Both the position numbers and the translations under genes were made by a program. The notes below the pieces were generated by a model. The model had not been told where the DNA came from. It saw only the letters and a list, made by a program, of their open reading frames with translations, and ran no database searches. A stretch of DNA of 64,000 bases from Candidatus Marinacidobacterales bacterium (GTDB lineage: Bacteria > Acidobacteriota > Vicinamibacteria > Marinacidobacterales > SMYC01), in assembly GCA_965262245.1 (NCBI GenBank), contig OZ253507.1, positions 2,268,690 through 2,332,689 of the forward strand. The letters are read 5' to 3'. The stretch's first letter is position 1. Each line of letters starts with the position of its first letter. This document shows positions 1 through 11,553 of the stretch, piece after piece.

Positions 1-475
1 GAACGCTGGTCGCGGGCCGGTCGGCAAAACTGCCGTCGTGGGCGCGAAGGACCGCGCGACCAACCGCGTGAGTGCCGCCGTAGTCACGAGCACGGACGGC
101 GATACGCTCAAGAGATTCGTTACTGAGCGGGCCGAGGTTGGAGCGAAGGTGTACACCGACGACCACGGCGGCTATGTTGGGCTGCCGAACCACGAGACGG
201 TCCGCCACTCCGTTGCAGAGTATGTAAAAGGACAGGCGCACACGAACGGGATCGAGTCCTTCTGGTCGATGCTCAAGCGGGCGCACAAAGGCACGTTTCA
301 CAAGCTTTCTCCGAAGCATTTGCAGAGGTACGTAGACGAGTTCGCCGGCAAACACAACATGCGCGACTCAGGAACGCTTGCGCAAATGCGCGACACTGTC
401 GCTCGGATGGTCGGTCGCAACCTCCTCTATCGGGATCTCATCGCGGACAACGGCCTTAGCTCGATGCGGTCGTAG
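1..475 (+). CDS. IS1595-family (ISXO2-like) transposase, C-terminal part; 5' end cut by window edge
   Basis: The 145-aa translation aligns closely with the C-terminal half of the full IS1595-type transposase at 27064..27987 (VYTDDHGGY...HSV.EYV.GQAHTNGIESFW..LKR...GTFH...KHL.RY..EF). Basis: sequence comparison within the window. Confidence 0.8.
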   Translation, partial: NAGRGPVGKTAVVGAKDRATNRVSAAVVTSTDGDTLKRFVTERAEVGAKVYTDDHGGYVGLPNHETVRHSVAEYVKGQAHTNGIESFWSMLKRAHKGTFHKLSPKHLQRYVDEFAGKHNMRDSGTLAQMRDTVARMVGRNLLYRDLIADNGLSSMRS

Positions 476-581
476 TGGACGGAAAAGGGCGCGGGCCAGA
501 GTCTCGGGCGTCGCGCCTACTAGATCGCGCTTCGGGTCTAACATCGGCTTCATCGTTTCCTCCTAATCGAATTGGATGCCT

Positions 582-680
582 GCGTTTTGAAGTTCTGCGT
601 TTTGAAGTTCTGCGTTTTGAAGTTCTGCGTTTTGAAGTTCTGCGTTTTGAAGTTCTGCGTTTTGAAGTTCTGCGTTTTGG
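582..680. repeat. 15-bp direct tandem repeat GCGTTTTGAAGTTCT x6.5
   Basis: Six perfect copies plus one partial copy are seen directly in the sequence, immediately 3' of the IS1595 transposase fragment. The overlapping ORFs 475..753 and 572..796 (LRFEVLRFEV...) are translation artefacts of the repeat. Confidence 0.95.
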
Positions 681-683
681 GCT

Positions 684-953
684 TCACGACTTTTTCCAAG
701 ACGCCCGTGCCTTCTTTAACTCACGATGCTTTGCGAGTGGTGCAATTTTTTGAAAAAAGACAAACCAGTCTTTCGGCCAGGCTTCAAACTGGCTAGTTGT
801 CATTCTTCCTGCATCGATCAAGGGTGTTGGGATTTTCAATTGATCAAGTTCGTACTGTAAATCTAGGATTAACGCAAACCTTTCTGGCTGGAGGGGATTG
901 CTATTTATTAGTTTTGCCGCTTCGTCTCGACACCTTACAATCTCTGGATGCAA
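684..953 (-). CDS. Hypothetical small protein in a low-GC (~42%) segment; TTG start, no recognisable domain
   Basis: 89-aa ORF in an AT-rich island (about 780..1130) that contrasts with the ~62% GC surroundings. It has a non-ATG start and could be non-coding. Confidence 0.25.
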   Translation of the reverse strand: MHPEIVRCRDEAAKLINSNPLQPERFALILDLQYELDQLKIPTPLIDAGRMTTSQFEAWPKDWFVFFQKIAPLAKHRELKKARASWKKS

Positions 954-1193
954 CCTAGAAAATTGTACCGCAGGGCCTCAGCCCGTTTATCCATTTCAAA
1001 TTTGTCAAGATAAGCATCAATGTGCAAAACGTAAGGATGGCAGCGAATTCTGGCGCACCGAGTTCAAGATTCATCGTTAGTCCGTCTTTGTAAGCCCAAC
1101 GGACCAGGGCAAAGATGTCTCCGGTAAAGAATGCTGAGTTCCAAGCTAATTTCGCCTTCCGCACCGCCCGAGAATGTCATGAATGCGCGCGCG

Positions 1194-2980
1194 TCAAGTA
1201 GTCTTTGTAATTCCCACTTTTTTCCCGTCCAACCATGTTGCAATCGTGCGCGCGTGATTATCGTGGACGATAGAGACGCGTTGCCACTTGTCCTTCACAA
1301 ACGGTCTGTCGTTGGACGGCGCTCTACTGAGCCATCGTTCCCCTCTGATTTCGATTTTTGTCCACAATGTGTAACCAAGGATCCAATCGTATTGTTGAAC
1401 TTGTATTCGAATGGGACCGGCGCGGACAATGTCGTACAGATTGGGGCTTGGACGCGCCTTCATGCGAAAACTGACCGTGAAGGCGTGACCGAGAACAACG
1501 GCCGGCTTACACTCGAAGCGAAGTTCGGTCTTGCCGTTCAGGTGAAGCGCCCTGCCATGTGGCCCGTCGATGTAAACGCCCGTATCTTGCGCAGGAGCTT
1601 TTGAGCAAGGGCCTCGGCCGTCGAGCGCGTCTTCGAATGCGAAGGCGATCAACGGTCCATCGTCGGGTTGCGTGGGGCGCGGGAGGGCGGTCAAGCGAGC
1701 CAGCTCCTTGATTGCTATAGGCCGTTTGTAGTTGCGAGTCTTTGAGTCGCCGAGAAACGCGCGGATCGTCGAAAGATAAACGCCTGCCTGTGGTCCGGTG
1801 GTTGACATCGCGTTGAAAGAAGCAAGCGAGAGATCCGTATCCTTGCTCTCGTTGAAGAAGTGTACGAGCCACGTCCTCAATCTTGGGTCTTTTTGCCCGA
1901 GCGTCACAATCAAGTCGACCGTAGGTTCTGCGACCGAGTTTTCACCGTCATATTGTGCAGCCGTGAAAAGATGGCCTAGTGCCGGATGCGCTGCTTCGCC
2001 CATGGCTGTCAGAGCCTCGAGCGCGTCGTGGCGAGGGTTACCTTTCTCCGGCAGACGGATTCCTGCAACAATTTCACCCAAGCGTTCGGCCGCGGGCGCC
2101 GCTGCCGGCCCAAGACCCTGGAGCGCGTGAATAACAGCCAAAGTGTGCTCGCCAGGCTCCAGCAACGGGAGCAGCAGCGGCATCGCGGCAGCGGCATCGC
2201 GGCAGCGGCTTTGGGACCCACGTGATAAAGGGCGCCGATCGCTCTCTTGGTATGTTTGTTCTGTTCTATCCAACGCATATACATGGGCACAGCCGGTGCT
2301 GCGTGCGCTTTGCAGTCATGCAGCAAATCGACAAGCTTGCGAGTAAAGTCGTAATTTTCGTTGGGATCCCACGACGTTTCATCGCGCTCGAAGAGTGCCA
2401 GCACGTCGTGCACCGTGGCCGCGGGGTCACCACGAACTTCATGAAGCGCGGCGATCGTTCTTGCTGCATGGCTTCTTGACGTGGTCTGGAGGAGGGGCTC
2501 GATGTCTGCGACCAAGGTCCGGCCTTTTTCTTTCAAGTTCGAAGCGACGAGCAAAGCTGCGTCGCGCCGTTCTTGGTGATGCCCGTCGAGGTAAGTGCGG
2601 CATAGGGGGATGGCGATGGCAGGGTCGAGGCTCAACTCGGTCAATACGTTACTGAAGCGCTCGCGATGGTGGTCTTGTTCCGCATCGAGCGCCTCGAACA
2701 AAAGGGGCGCGTATTGGTTCGATCCAGCTGGATAACTTGGTAACGTGCCAGCGGCTGCCCACTTGAGATTGTCGTCTCGTAATCCGGCCAAGATGAGGGG
2801 AATAGCAATTTCGTCCTCAATGCCAGCGGGCTTTGAGATATTCCAAGGCAAAGTATTGTGTCTTCCAGTCGGAATGTTCAGCGGCTCGCTCGAACGAGTG
2901 GCCGAGCTCGTGGCTTGCTGGACCAAAGTTGCCATCTTTGAGATACGCACGTGCTCGTTGTCGTACGAGCTCGTGCTCAT
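1194..2980 (-). pseudogene. HEAT-repeat + LamG/concanavalin-like domain protein, frameshifted by a 14-bp tandem duplication; may extend into ORF 955..1164
   Basis: ORF 2009..2980 (HEAT-like repeats PLILAGLRDD..., ...GPKAAAAMPL) and ORF 1194..2273 (AAAAMPLLLPLLEP... then a LamG-like C-terminus W..DGKKVG) are collinear in different frames. Removing one copy of the duplicated 14-mer CAGCGGCATCGCGG (2176..2189 = 2190..2203) restores a single frame. ORF 955..1164 (FFTGDIFALVRW) may continue the LamG domain after another shift. Confidence 0.6.
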
Positions 2981-3473
2981 CCAATACGAAGGGCATTATC
3001 CGGTGGTCGAATGCTTCTTTGTGCGTGAGCTCGATTGGGGGGAGAATGGTGCCTCGTCTGATCACGCCCAGGCGGTCGATCGCAGCTGCGCGTGCGCTGC
3101 CCTTGTTGGTTTCGGCGTAACGGATCACATAGTCGGCCATCTGTTCAGCGGTGAGATCGTCGGCGACGTGCCATATTTCGGCGGGTGTATAGGCGTCGTA
3201 GCCATTGAGGAGTTTTACCCCGCAAGCCATGACCATCCAGATCCCTGCCGCGCCGTACATGGCTGCTTGCAGGAGGATTTTGCCCAGGCCCGCGCTTACT
3301 GCTTGTCGCGCGCCGCGCTCGTCTGTGTCGGTGAGAAGAAAAACATATTCGAGATCGCGCGCGTTCCGGGGTGCGCTCCCCATCGCCAAACGTTTGACTT
3401 TGTTGCTCGCCGATCGCGGGCGGACCAGTGGTTTGACTACGAGACGCTCGGATCCCACTGCATCGGAGGACAC
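2817..3473 (-). CDS. Putative Zn-dependent peptidase (HExxH motif HELGH; DUF2268-like); start uncertain
   Basis: The 218-aa ORF has an HELGHSFE metalloprotease motif near the C-terminus. It overlaps the annotated start of the downstream HEAT-repeat ORF by ~160 bp, so one of the two starts is wrong or a further frameshift exists. Confidence 0.4.
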   Translation of the reverse strand: MSSDAVGSERLVVKPLVRPRSASNKVKRLAMGSAPRNARDLEYVFLLTDTDERGARQAVSAGLGKILLQAAMYGAAGIWMVMACGVKLLNGYDAYTPAEIWHVADDLTAEQMADYVIRYAETNKGSARAAAIDRLGVIRRGTILPPIELTHKEAFDHRIMPFVLDEHELVRQRARAYLKDGNFGPASHELGHSFERAAEHSDWKTQYFALEYLKARWH

Positions 3474-3483
3474 TCTGTCGCGT

Positions 3484-4560
3484 TCACTGACGCGTCCGAT
3501 CAGGTAAACCGGGTCGCCCGGAAGGAGAACGCGGACTTCCGGGGCGGTCGTCGCCGCCGGCTGTCCCGAGCACGCCCAAAATCAAACTCTCGGCGAGCGA
3601 GCGCTTGAAGAGGTCGCTCGAGCGCGCACCCAGTGCGGCGCGAACCGCGAGCTCCCGACTAGCGGCCGTCGAGCGGGCGACCAAGACGTTGGCGATGTTG
3701 GCGCAGGCGATCAGCAGGACGAGGAACACCGCGCCCGAGAGCACCCACAGGATCGTCGTGAGATCGCCGAGCAGCTCCTCGCGCAACGGTCGGGCGGTCA
3801 GGCCCCAGCCGGCGTTGGAGTCGGGGTATTCGCGCGCCAGTTTCTCGGCGATGGCAGCGAGCTCGGCGCGCGCGCCTTCCACGGTGATACCGTCGGCGAG
3901 ACGGGCCATCGCGTCGAACATGCGGTGATCCCGGTCGAGCAGGACTCTGTCAGGGAGCCCCATCGGGAAGTACATCTCGACTTCGTCACTGCCGGGGGGG
4001 AACTGAAAACCCGGTTCGGTAACCCCGATCACCGTGTAGGGCTGGTTGTCCAACTCGAGCGTGGAGCCGATGATGGATGGGTCGGCCCCGAAGCGCCGCG
4101 TCCACGACGCGTGCGTGATGACCAACTTCTTCCCGCGCCCTGGCGTCTCGTCATCGTCGACGAAGAACTGGCCCACGGCTGGTTTCGTTCCGAGAACACG
4201 GAACATTCGGGCCGTCACCACGAGACTGCCAACCCTGACCGGTTGTTCGAGACCGGTCAGCGTGGACCCCATGGAGCGGTACAAAAGAACTTTCCCGTCG
4301 AAGGCTTCGGCGCCTTCGCGCAGGTCACGATAGGTGGGCGGAGACAAGCGAAAAGTGTCCTGCTGATCGGGCCCGCTGGTCGCCCATAGGACCACGAGCT
4401 TGCTGTCATCGCCATAACCGAGCGGGCGAAAGAGCACGCCGTCGACGACACTGAAAATCGCGGTGTTGGCGCTGATGGCGATCGCCAGAGTTGCGATCAC
4501 CACTAACGTGGGAACGGGTGTTTTGAGCAGCGACCGGGCTGCCGCCTTGAAGTTTTTCAT
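3484..4560 (-). pseudogene. ADOP-type (acidobacterial duplicated orphan permease) FtsX/MacB-like permease, N-terminal fragment only
   Basis: The N-terminus MKNFKAAARSLLKTPVPTLVVIATLAIAISANTAIFSVVDGVLFRPLGY matches the ADOP/MacB permease signature, and a periplasmic MacB-type domain and the first FtsX TM helix are present. The ORF stops after ~358 aa whereas full-length proteins are ~800 aa. The HExxH ORF starts immediately downstream, implying truncation or deletion. Confidence 0.6.
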
Positions 4561-4972
4561 TAAAGAAGACCCACCTTTCGGGGTGAATCATCTGTTGCTG
4601 CAGGTGCTGGGCGCGGCGCCGAATCAGCCACTCGTGGAAGCGCTTGCGCTGGTCCGGATGCAGCAGCTCGCCGATGTCTGCATGCACTTGCCGCATGGCG
4701 TCCTGCACTTCAGGGCGAAGCTGCTCCCACTTGAGTTGCACCATATGCTGGCGCTCGGCCGGGATTCTGTGGATCTGCGCCACTTGATCCTCGTCGAGCT
4801 CGAGAAGCTCTTGCAGCTCGGCCATGGCGGCCTCGTGCTCGTCCGCCGCCGACATCGTTGTCAGCGGACGGGCCACAAAATGGCGTTCATACGCGACGCC
4901 GGCGAGCACGCCGAGCGCAAAGATGAACAGCAGTACACCACCGGCACTAACGCGCGGACCCATCATGCTCAT
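4406..4972 (-). CDS. Periplasmic Spy/CpxP-like (LTXXQ-type) protein with N-terminal TM/signal
   Basis: N-terminal hydrophobic segment followed by a helical, charge-rich region with repeated ELQELLELDEDQ...LHPDQRKRF motifs typical of the CpxP/Spy family. The C-terminal ~50 aa of the ORF overlap the ADOP start and are probably not real. Confidence 0.4.
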   Translation of the reverse strand: MSMMGPRVSAGGVLLFIFALGVLAGVAYERHFVARPLTTMSAADEHEAAMAELQELLELDEDQVAQIHRIPAERQHMVQLKWEQLRPEVQDAMRQVHADIGELLHPDQRKRFHEWLIRRRAQHLQQQMIHPERWVFFNEKLQGGSPVAAQNTRSHVSGDRNSGDRHQRQHRDFQCRRRRALSPARLWR

Positions 4973-5335
4973 CAGGGTTCCCCCTCGTCATCGAGTACGG
5001 CGAGTACGGGCGAAAACTGCACCATGAGCGCATCGACGCTGGGAGGTGCGTGGCCACCGATCAACGTTCCAGCGATCTCTCTCGGTGCCACGGAGTTCTC
5101 GATCCAGCGGAAAGCCACCGAGGAATCCGACGTCGGCAAAGCGAGCCAGAGGATCAGCATCGCTGCCGCCGAAGCCGACACGAGCCACGGCGAGCGCCGG
5201 GCGAGCAGGCCGTACCAGTGGTCATGGGCTGCGGCGTAGGCGGCGAGCGGACCGGAGGCGTCGCCACGAATCCGTTCGGCGATCTTTTCCCAATATTCGG
5301 GATCTCGAGGGAGCTGCGATCTCGGGACATCAGCA
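4972..5335 (-). CDS. Putative membrane anti-sigma factor; start codon unclear
   Basis: The C-terminal ~110 aa of ORF 4972..5808 (DPEYWEKIAERIRGD...WLVSASAAAMLILWLALP...) has a cytoplasmic segment plus a TM helix, lying directly downstream of an ECF sigma gene. No clean ATG start is present. Confidence 0.3.
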
Positions 5336-5808
5336 TTACGAAAGCATACCTTGCTGCGGGTCCAACTCTCCCCGTAGCTGCTTGCGGGCGCGGCGTAGAT
5401 GCGTGCGAATCGTTCCTTCGCCGACCCCGAGCATCCGTGCGGCTTCGACGCTGGTGAAGCCTTCGACGTTGCAGAGTCGAACGCACGATTGCTGCATGGG
5501 TGCGAGTGCCTCGATGGCCCGCTCGATGTCGGCAACCACGAGCGCATCAACGGCGGGCGGCGCCGGCGGCTCGTCTTGAAGCAAAGTGAGTGGAGCAAGA
5601 GCCGCGCGCCGACCATCCTTGCTGATCGCCGTTCGGGCCACGTTGCGAACGATGGTGTAGAACCATGCGCTGAACGGGCGCCGATCGTCGTAGTCCGCGA
5701 GGGCGCGTACCGCTCGATGGAAAGGTCCTGGACGACGTCCTCGGCATCTTCGAGGCGGCGCGTATATTGCCAGGAAAGGGCCATCGCGGGGCGCAGATAG
5801 CGGCGCAC
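5336..5808 (-). pseudogene. ECF sigma factor (sigma-70 regions 2 and 4) with a frameshift between the regions
   Basis: Region 2 (RRYLRPAMALSWQYTRRLEDAEDVVQD) is in the frame of ORF 4972..5808. FHRAVRALADYDDRRPFSAWFYTIVRN and region 4 (SFTSVEAARMLGVGEGTIRTHLRRARKQL) are in the frame of ORF 5336..6001. The frames switch at GGAAAGG (about 5718..5724). Confidence 0.6.
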
Positions 5809-6236
5809 GAGGACGCGCCATCATTTCGCGAAAGGGTTCCTCGAGCGTCTCACGCTGGGCGGCCGTTAATTCGAGCCGTTCGGCGATAGCGGTGAAGTGG
5901 TCCGGTGGGTCGGCAGAGTGGCCGTGCTGCGCCTCCCCGACTCCAACCGCGAAGACGGCGGCTAGCAACACGGTCATCATGGCGCGATGGTGTGTCCTCA
6001 TGGGTCAACTCCTCTTACATTTCGGGTGTGCTCCTCCTTTGGAGCACCCTCTTCCACACTGTACTCGCGAGAGCGCGGATCCGTTGACACCGACCCGCGA
6101 CTTTCTTCGATCTCCCGCTCTGGTTGCTTTCGGTCTCCCAGGCCGCTAGATTTCCCTATTACCAAAGGTTACGAATGGCGCTCACTTCCGGAACACGCCT
6201 CGGCTCCTACGCGATCGTTGCGCCGATCCTCACCGC

Positions 6237-7303
6237 ATGAAGATCTATCGTCTCGAGCCCGGGGTCCAACACTACGCCTGGGGCAGCACGGAGTTCATCC
6301 CGGAGCTACTGGGTGTCGATAACGCCGACGGGCGACCCTACGCGGAGCTCTGGCTCGGTGCGCATCCCGACTTGCCGTCAAAAGTCTTGTTGGGAGACGA
6401 GAAGCGCCCGCTCGGCGAGATGATCTCGGGCGAGCTTCCTTATCTCATGAAGATCCTCTCGGCGGCCAAGCCGCTTTCGATACAAACGCACCCGAGTGAA
6501 TCCCGGGCTCGCGAAGGATTCGCGAGGGAGAATGCGGCCGGGATCCCGATCGACGCGCGCCATCGCAGCTATCGCGACCCTCATCACAAGCCCGAGCTTC
6601 TCTGCGCCCTCACCGATTTCTACGTACTCCGGGGCTTTCGTCCCAACCCGACGTCGTTCGGCGACGAGCCCCTGAACACGCTCTACGCGAAGCTGATGAC
6701 GATGTCTCGAGACGAGGTCGATGCGGAGCTCGGGCCGATCGTGGAGAGCCTTGGCGACGGTCACTACGGGAAGGAGGATCGTGAATATTGGGTCCTCCGC
6801 TGTCACGAAGCATATTCCGAGAAAGGTCACTACGATCGTGGTCTTTTTTCGATCTATCTCTTGAACTTGATCCACCTCGACGCGGGCGAAGCCATTTATC
6901 TCGATGCAGGCACGCTCCACGCCTACCTTGAGGGATCCGGCGTCGAGATCATGGCCAACTCGAACAACGTGTTGCGCGGCGGGCTGACGACCAAGCACGT
7001 CGACATCCCCGAGCTTCTTAACAATGTCACCTTTCGCGGAGAGGCGGCGCAGATCGTGAGGGCGTCGAAGCTCGGCCCGAGCGAGTGGGCCTATCATGCT
7101 CCGGCGAAGGAGTTCGAGCTCCGCCGCATCGAAGGCGGTTACGTCAATACCGGCGACCATGGTCCCGAGATCCTTTTCGTCACCGAAGGCGAAGGGACCG
7201 TGGAGGAGCATCTTGTTTCGAGAGGCCAAGCGCTCTTCGTGCCGGAGGGAGAGACGTATCAAGTGCGAGGCTCGCTGGTGCTATACAAAGCGACGGTGCC
7301 GCG

Positions 7304-7307
<4 letters not shown>
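6237..7307 (+). CDS. manA: Mannose-6-phosphate isomerase, type I
   Basis: 356 aa with the PMI type I cupin core (YLMKILSAAKPLSIQTHP, ...HAYLEGSGVEIMANSNNVLRGG). Its stop overlaps the start of the next gene (ATGA). Confidence 0.9.
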
Positions 7308-8812
<1,505 letters not shown>

Positions 8813-8828
8813 GTTCTTACAGACTTGG

Positions 8829-10040
8829 CTACTGTTCGCGATCGTACGGGTGGCGAAGATAGTCGGCCGCCGTTCCGTGCGTGCCGTCGTAATCCGGAAG
8901 CTCTTGGACACGGCGATAATGCGCCGTGGCCTCTTCGCGGCGCCCCATTGTGTCGAGGATCTCGCCCGCGCGCAGATGTGAGAGGGCCCTCTCACGGTCG
9001 GGGGTCCCGGGGTCTTCCGCGGCGCCGCGAAACTGATCGAGCGCTTCATCTTGGCTTCCGAGCGCAAGCAGTCGTTGTGCGAGCGGATAGCGAATTTTGT
9101 CGAGCGGAAGGTTCTGATAGTTCGGAATCTTGTTGACAGCGCGCCGCGCGACCGTCGCGTAGGTTTTCGCCGCCTCGGCGTGCTTTCCCATCAGCTCCAA
9201 TATCTGGGCTTTATTGATATGCAGCAAGTAGTTTTCTGGATATTTGTGGTGCAGTTGCCCCGCCATCTCCAGGGCGTAGGCGTTCTCGTTCTCGCGGACA
9301 TACATGACCATCAGCAGCAGGCGGGCGTCGTCTTTGACGAAATGGCCCTTCGTCGCGGCGCGGGTGAGATATTCGAAGCCCCGGACTTCACTGCCGTGAT
9401 AGCCCGCAAGGGTGGCGATCCATTTGACGTACCAGGGAAGATTGCCGACGACATATTCGTAGGTCCCGACCGTCATGTACGCGTCATAGAAGTCGGGATT
9501 CTCGTCAACGATCGCGCGCTGGATACGATAGGATTCCTTGCCGTATTTGAGCGCCTTGCGAAAGCTTCTTTCGATGGTGAAGGCGAAAACGCCGAGAGCG
9601 CTCTGGCATGCGCCGAGGTAGTAGCGAGCCTCGAAATCTCTCGGATGTTGCTCGAGATAGCGTGTCGCGTTCTCCTGGCTCCGCCGAATGCCGTCGAAAA
9701 AAGCCTGTTTGTCCTCCACGGATATTTCCACGTCGGCCGGCCGGGTGAAATATCCCGGCGAGATGAAGCGCTCGAGGTCGAGCTCGTCGCGAGCGACGAG
9801 CTCACGAAACCAAATGGCGATCGATCGGGCCAACGGTGGCCCCGGATGGTGGGGATATTTTTTTTCGAGCTCGCTGAAGAAAGCGATGCTCTTGTCGTGC
9901 TCGAGGCTGTAGAGGTGGGTGTTCCCTTGGAGGCTCGCAGCCTTGTATTCGGGACTTCTCAGCTTCTCGGCGCTCGCCGCCACAGGCAAAGACGTTGCCA
10001 AAAAGACTCCCAACATACAGGAGCTAAACCCGAATCGCAT
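8829..10040 (-). CDS. Secreted TPR-repeat protein
   Basis: Signal peptide MRFGFSSCMLGVFLATSLPVAASA, followed by TPR-like helical repeats (YYLGACQ..., AYALEMAGQL...). Confidence 0.55.
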   Translation of the reverse strand: MRFGFSSCMLGVFLATSLPVAASAEKLRSPEYKAASLQGNTHLYSLEHDKSIAFFSELEKKYPHHPGPPLARSIAIWFRELVARDELDLERFISPGYFTRPADVEISVEDKQAFFDGIRRSQENATRYLEQHPRDFEARYYLGACQSALGVFAFTIERSFRKALKYGKESYRIQRAIVDENPDFYDAYMTVGTYEYVVGNLPWYVKWIATLAGYHGSEVRGFEYLTRAATKGHFVKDDARLLLMVMYVRENENAYALEMAGQLHHKYPENYLLHINKAQILELMGKHAEAAKTYATVARRAVNKIPNYQNLPLDKIRYPLAQRLLALGSQDEALDQFRGAAEDPGTPDRERALSHLRAGEILDTMGRREEATAHYRRVQELPDYDGTHGTAADYLRHPYDREQ

Positions 10041-10175
10041 CCGGTAAACGCTCTCCCAAATTATAGGCGCGATAATACAACACTAACATAGAAGAAGGAG
10101 AGGTCCTTCTTGAAATTGGCGTGAGCAATTCCGGGCTCGGTAGAAAGGTATAATCAGCGTCGTTTTGGAATCAAC

Positions 10176-10871
10176 ATGCAGGCGCCACGGCATCCCGATC
10201 TGATTTCCACTCCCGTGGTCCGCGTCCAGGATCTGGCCTTCGGCTATGGCGAAGGGGATTTCGAGTTGCGGATTGGAGAGCTCGAAGTCGGACGGGCATC
10301 CTCGGCGGCGTTCATCGGTCCGAGCGGATCGGGTAAGACGACGCTTTTACATCTCATCGCGGGGATCACGCTGCCGCAGTCGGGTACGATCGAGACGAAC
10401 GGAGTCGATCTAACCGGTCTTTCGGAGAACGCGCGCCGCGGCTTTCGCATCAAGAATATCGGCCTCGTCTTTCAGGAGTTCGAGCTTTTGGAATATTTGA
10501 CGGTGCTCGACAACGTGCTCTTGCCCTATCGCATCAATCCGGCGCTCGAGCTGACGGAGGCGGTTCGCGCGAGGGCGGCTGCCGTGACGGTGGATGTGGG
10601 AATAGGAGACAAGCTCTCGCGCTATCCGAGACAACTGTCGCAGGGCGAGCGGCAACGAGTGGCGGTGTGCCGCGCGGTCGTGACCGAGCCGGCCGTGCTG
10701 ATGGCGGACGAGCCGACCGGCAATCTCGACCCGCACAACAAAGGACGCGTGCTCGACATCCTGTTCGATTATGCCGAGGCGAGCGGCGCGACGCTTCTCA
10801 CGGTGACGCATGATCACGATCTGCTCGACCGTTTCGAGCGCGTCGTCGACTTCAAAGAGCTCTTGTCGTGA
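10176..10871 (+). CDS. ABC transporter ATP-binding protein (LolD/MacB-type)
   Basis: Walker A GPSGSGKTTL, signature LSQGERQRVAVCRAV, Walker B VLMADEPTGNLD. The stop overlaps the permease start (GTGA). Confidence 0.85.
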   Translation: MQAPRHPDLISTPVVRVQDLAFGYGEGDFELRIGELEVGRASSAAFIGPSGSGKTTLLHLIAGITLPQSGTIETNGVDLTGLSENARRGFRIKNIGLVFQEFELLEYLTVLDNVLLPYRINPALELTEAVRARAAAVTVDVGIGDKLSRYPRQLSQGERQRVAVCRAVVTEPAVLMADEPTGNLDPHNKGRVLDILFDYAEASGATLLTVTHDHDLLDRFERVVDFKELLS

Positions 10872-11553
10872 AGCAGACGCTCTATCTGGCTTGGCGCTAT
10901 CTGGCGTTTCACCCTCTGAAGACGATCATCCTGCTCACGTCGATCACGTTGATCCTTTATCTCCCTGTAGGCTTGCGGGTCCTCGTGAACCAAAGCTCGG
11001 AACAGCTGACGCGCCGCGCCGACGCGACGCCGCTCGTCGTCGGCTCGAAAGGGAGCCCACTCGAGCTCGTGCTCAACACCCTCTACTTCCGCTCAGACTT
11101 CCCCGAGCCGATGCGCTATAGCGAGGCGCAGGAAGTCCAGGATTCCGGGCTCGCGTCGATCGTGCCGATGTATGTTCGCTACCACTCTCGAGGCCATCCG
11201 ATCGTGGGGACGAGCGTTGAATATTTCGAACGTCGCGAGCTCGGGGTGCAGGTGGGGCGCCTGTTTACGTTTGTCGGCGAGTGCGTTCTCGGGGCGCGCG
11301 TCGCCGAAGCGTTGGGGGCGCATGTGGGAGACGCGGTCATCTCTTCGCCTGAGAACCTCTTCGACCTAGCGGGCGAATATCCCCTGAAGATGAGGATCGT
11401 GGGCATTTTGGCGCTCGAGGACAGCCCGGATGACGACGCGATCTTCGTGGACATCAAGACGACGTGGATCATTGAAGGGATCGGCCACGGTCACCAGGAT
11501 GTGACGCGCCGTGAGGCGGCGGGTGCCGTGTTGTCGCGCGAAGGCAATCGAGT
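10868..11553 (+). pseudogene. FtsX/MacB-type ABC permease, 3'-truncated by an IS fragment
   Basis: N-terminal TM helix and MacB-like periplasmic domain are present (MKQTLYLAWRYLAFHPLKTIILL..., VGSKGSPLELVLNTLYF). The C-terminal FtsX TM domain is missing; the ORF runs into the IS-end fragment at 11554. Confidence 0.65.

Noticed and set aside
582-680. Possible CRISPR array
   Set aside because: The repeats are contiguous with no spacers and there are no cas genes nearby. It is a simple tandem repeat.
475-796. ORFs 475..753 and 572..796 encoding LRFEVLRFEV.../CVLKFCVLKF...
   Set aside because: These are translation artefacts of the 15-bp tandem DNA repeat.
955-1164. Two small low-GC ORFs (955..1164, 684..953) as a toxin-antitoxin pair
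   Set aside because: Both need GTG/TTG starts. 955..1164 plausibly continues the frameshifted LamG domain. No recognisable TA domain signatures.
9051-10091. 346-aa plus-strand ORF
   Set aside because: Antisense to the well-supported secreted TPR gene (8829..10040); long antisense ORFs are expected at this GC content. Rejected on the same grounds: 16616..17263 (antisense to cobB), 22467..23459, 28798..29844, 35600..36592, 52538..53560, 60111..61256, 62401..63912, 2745..3608.
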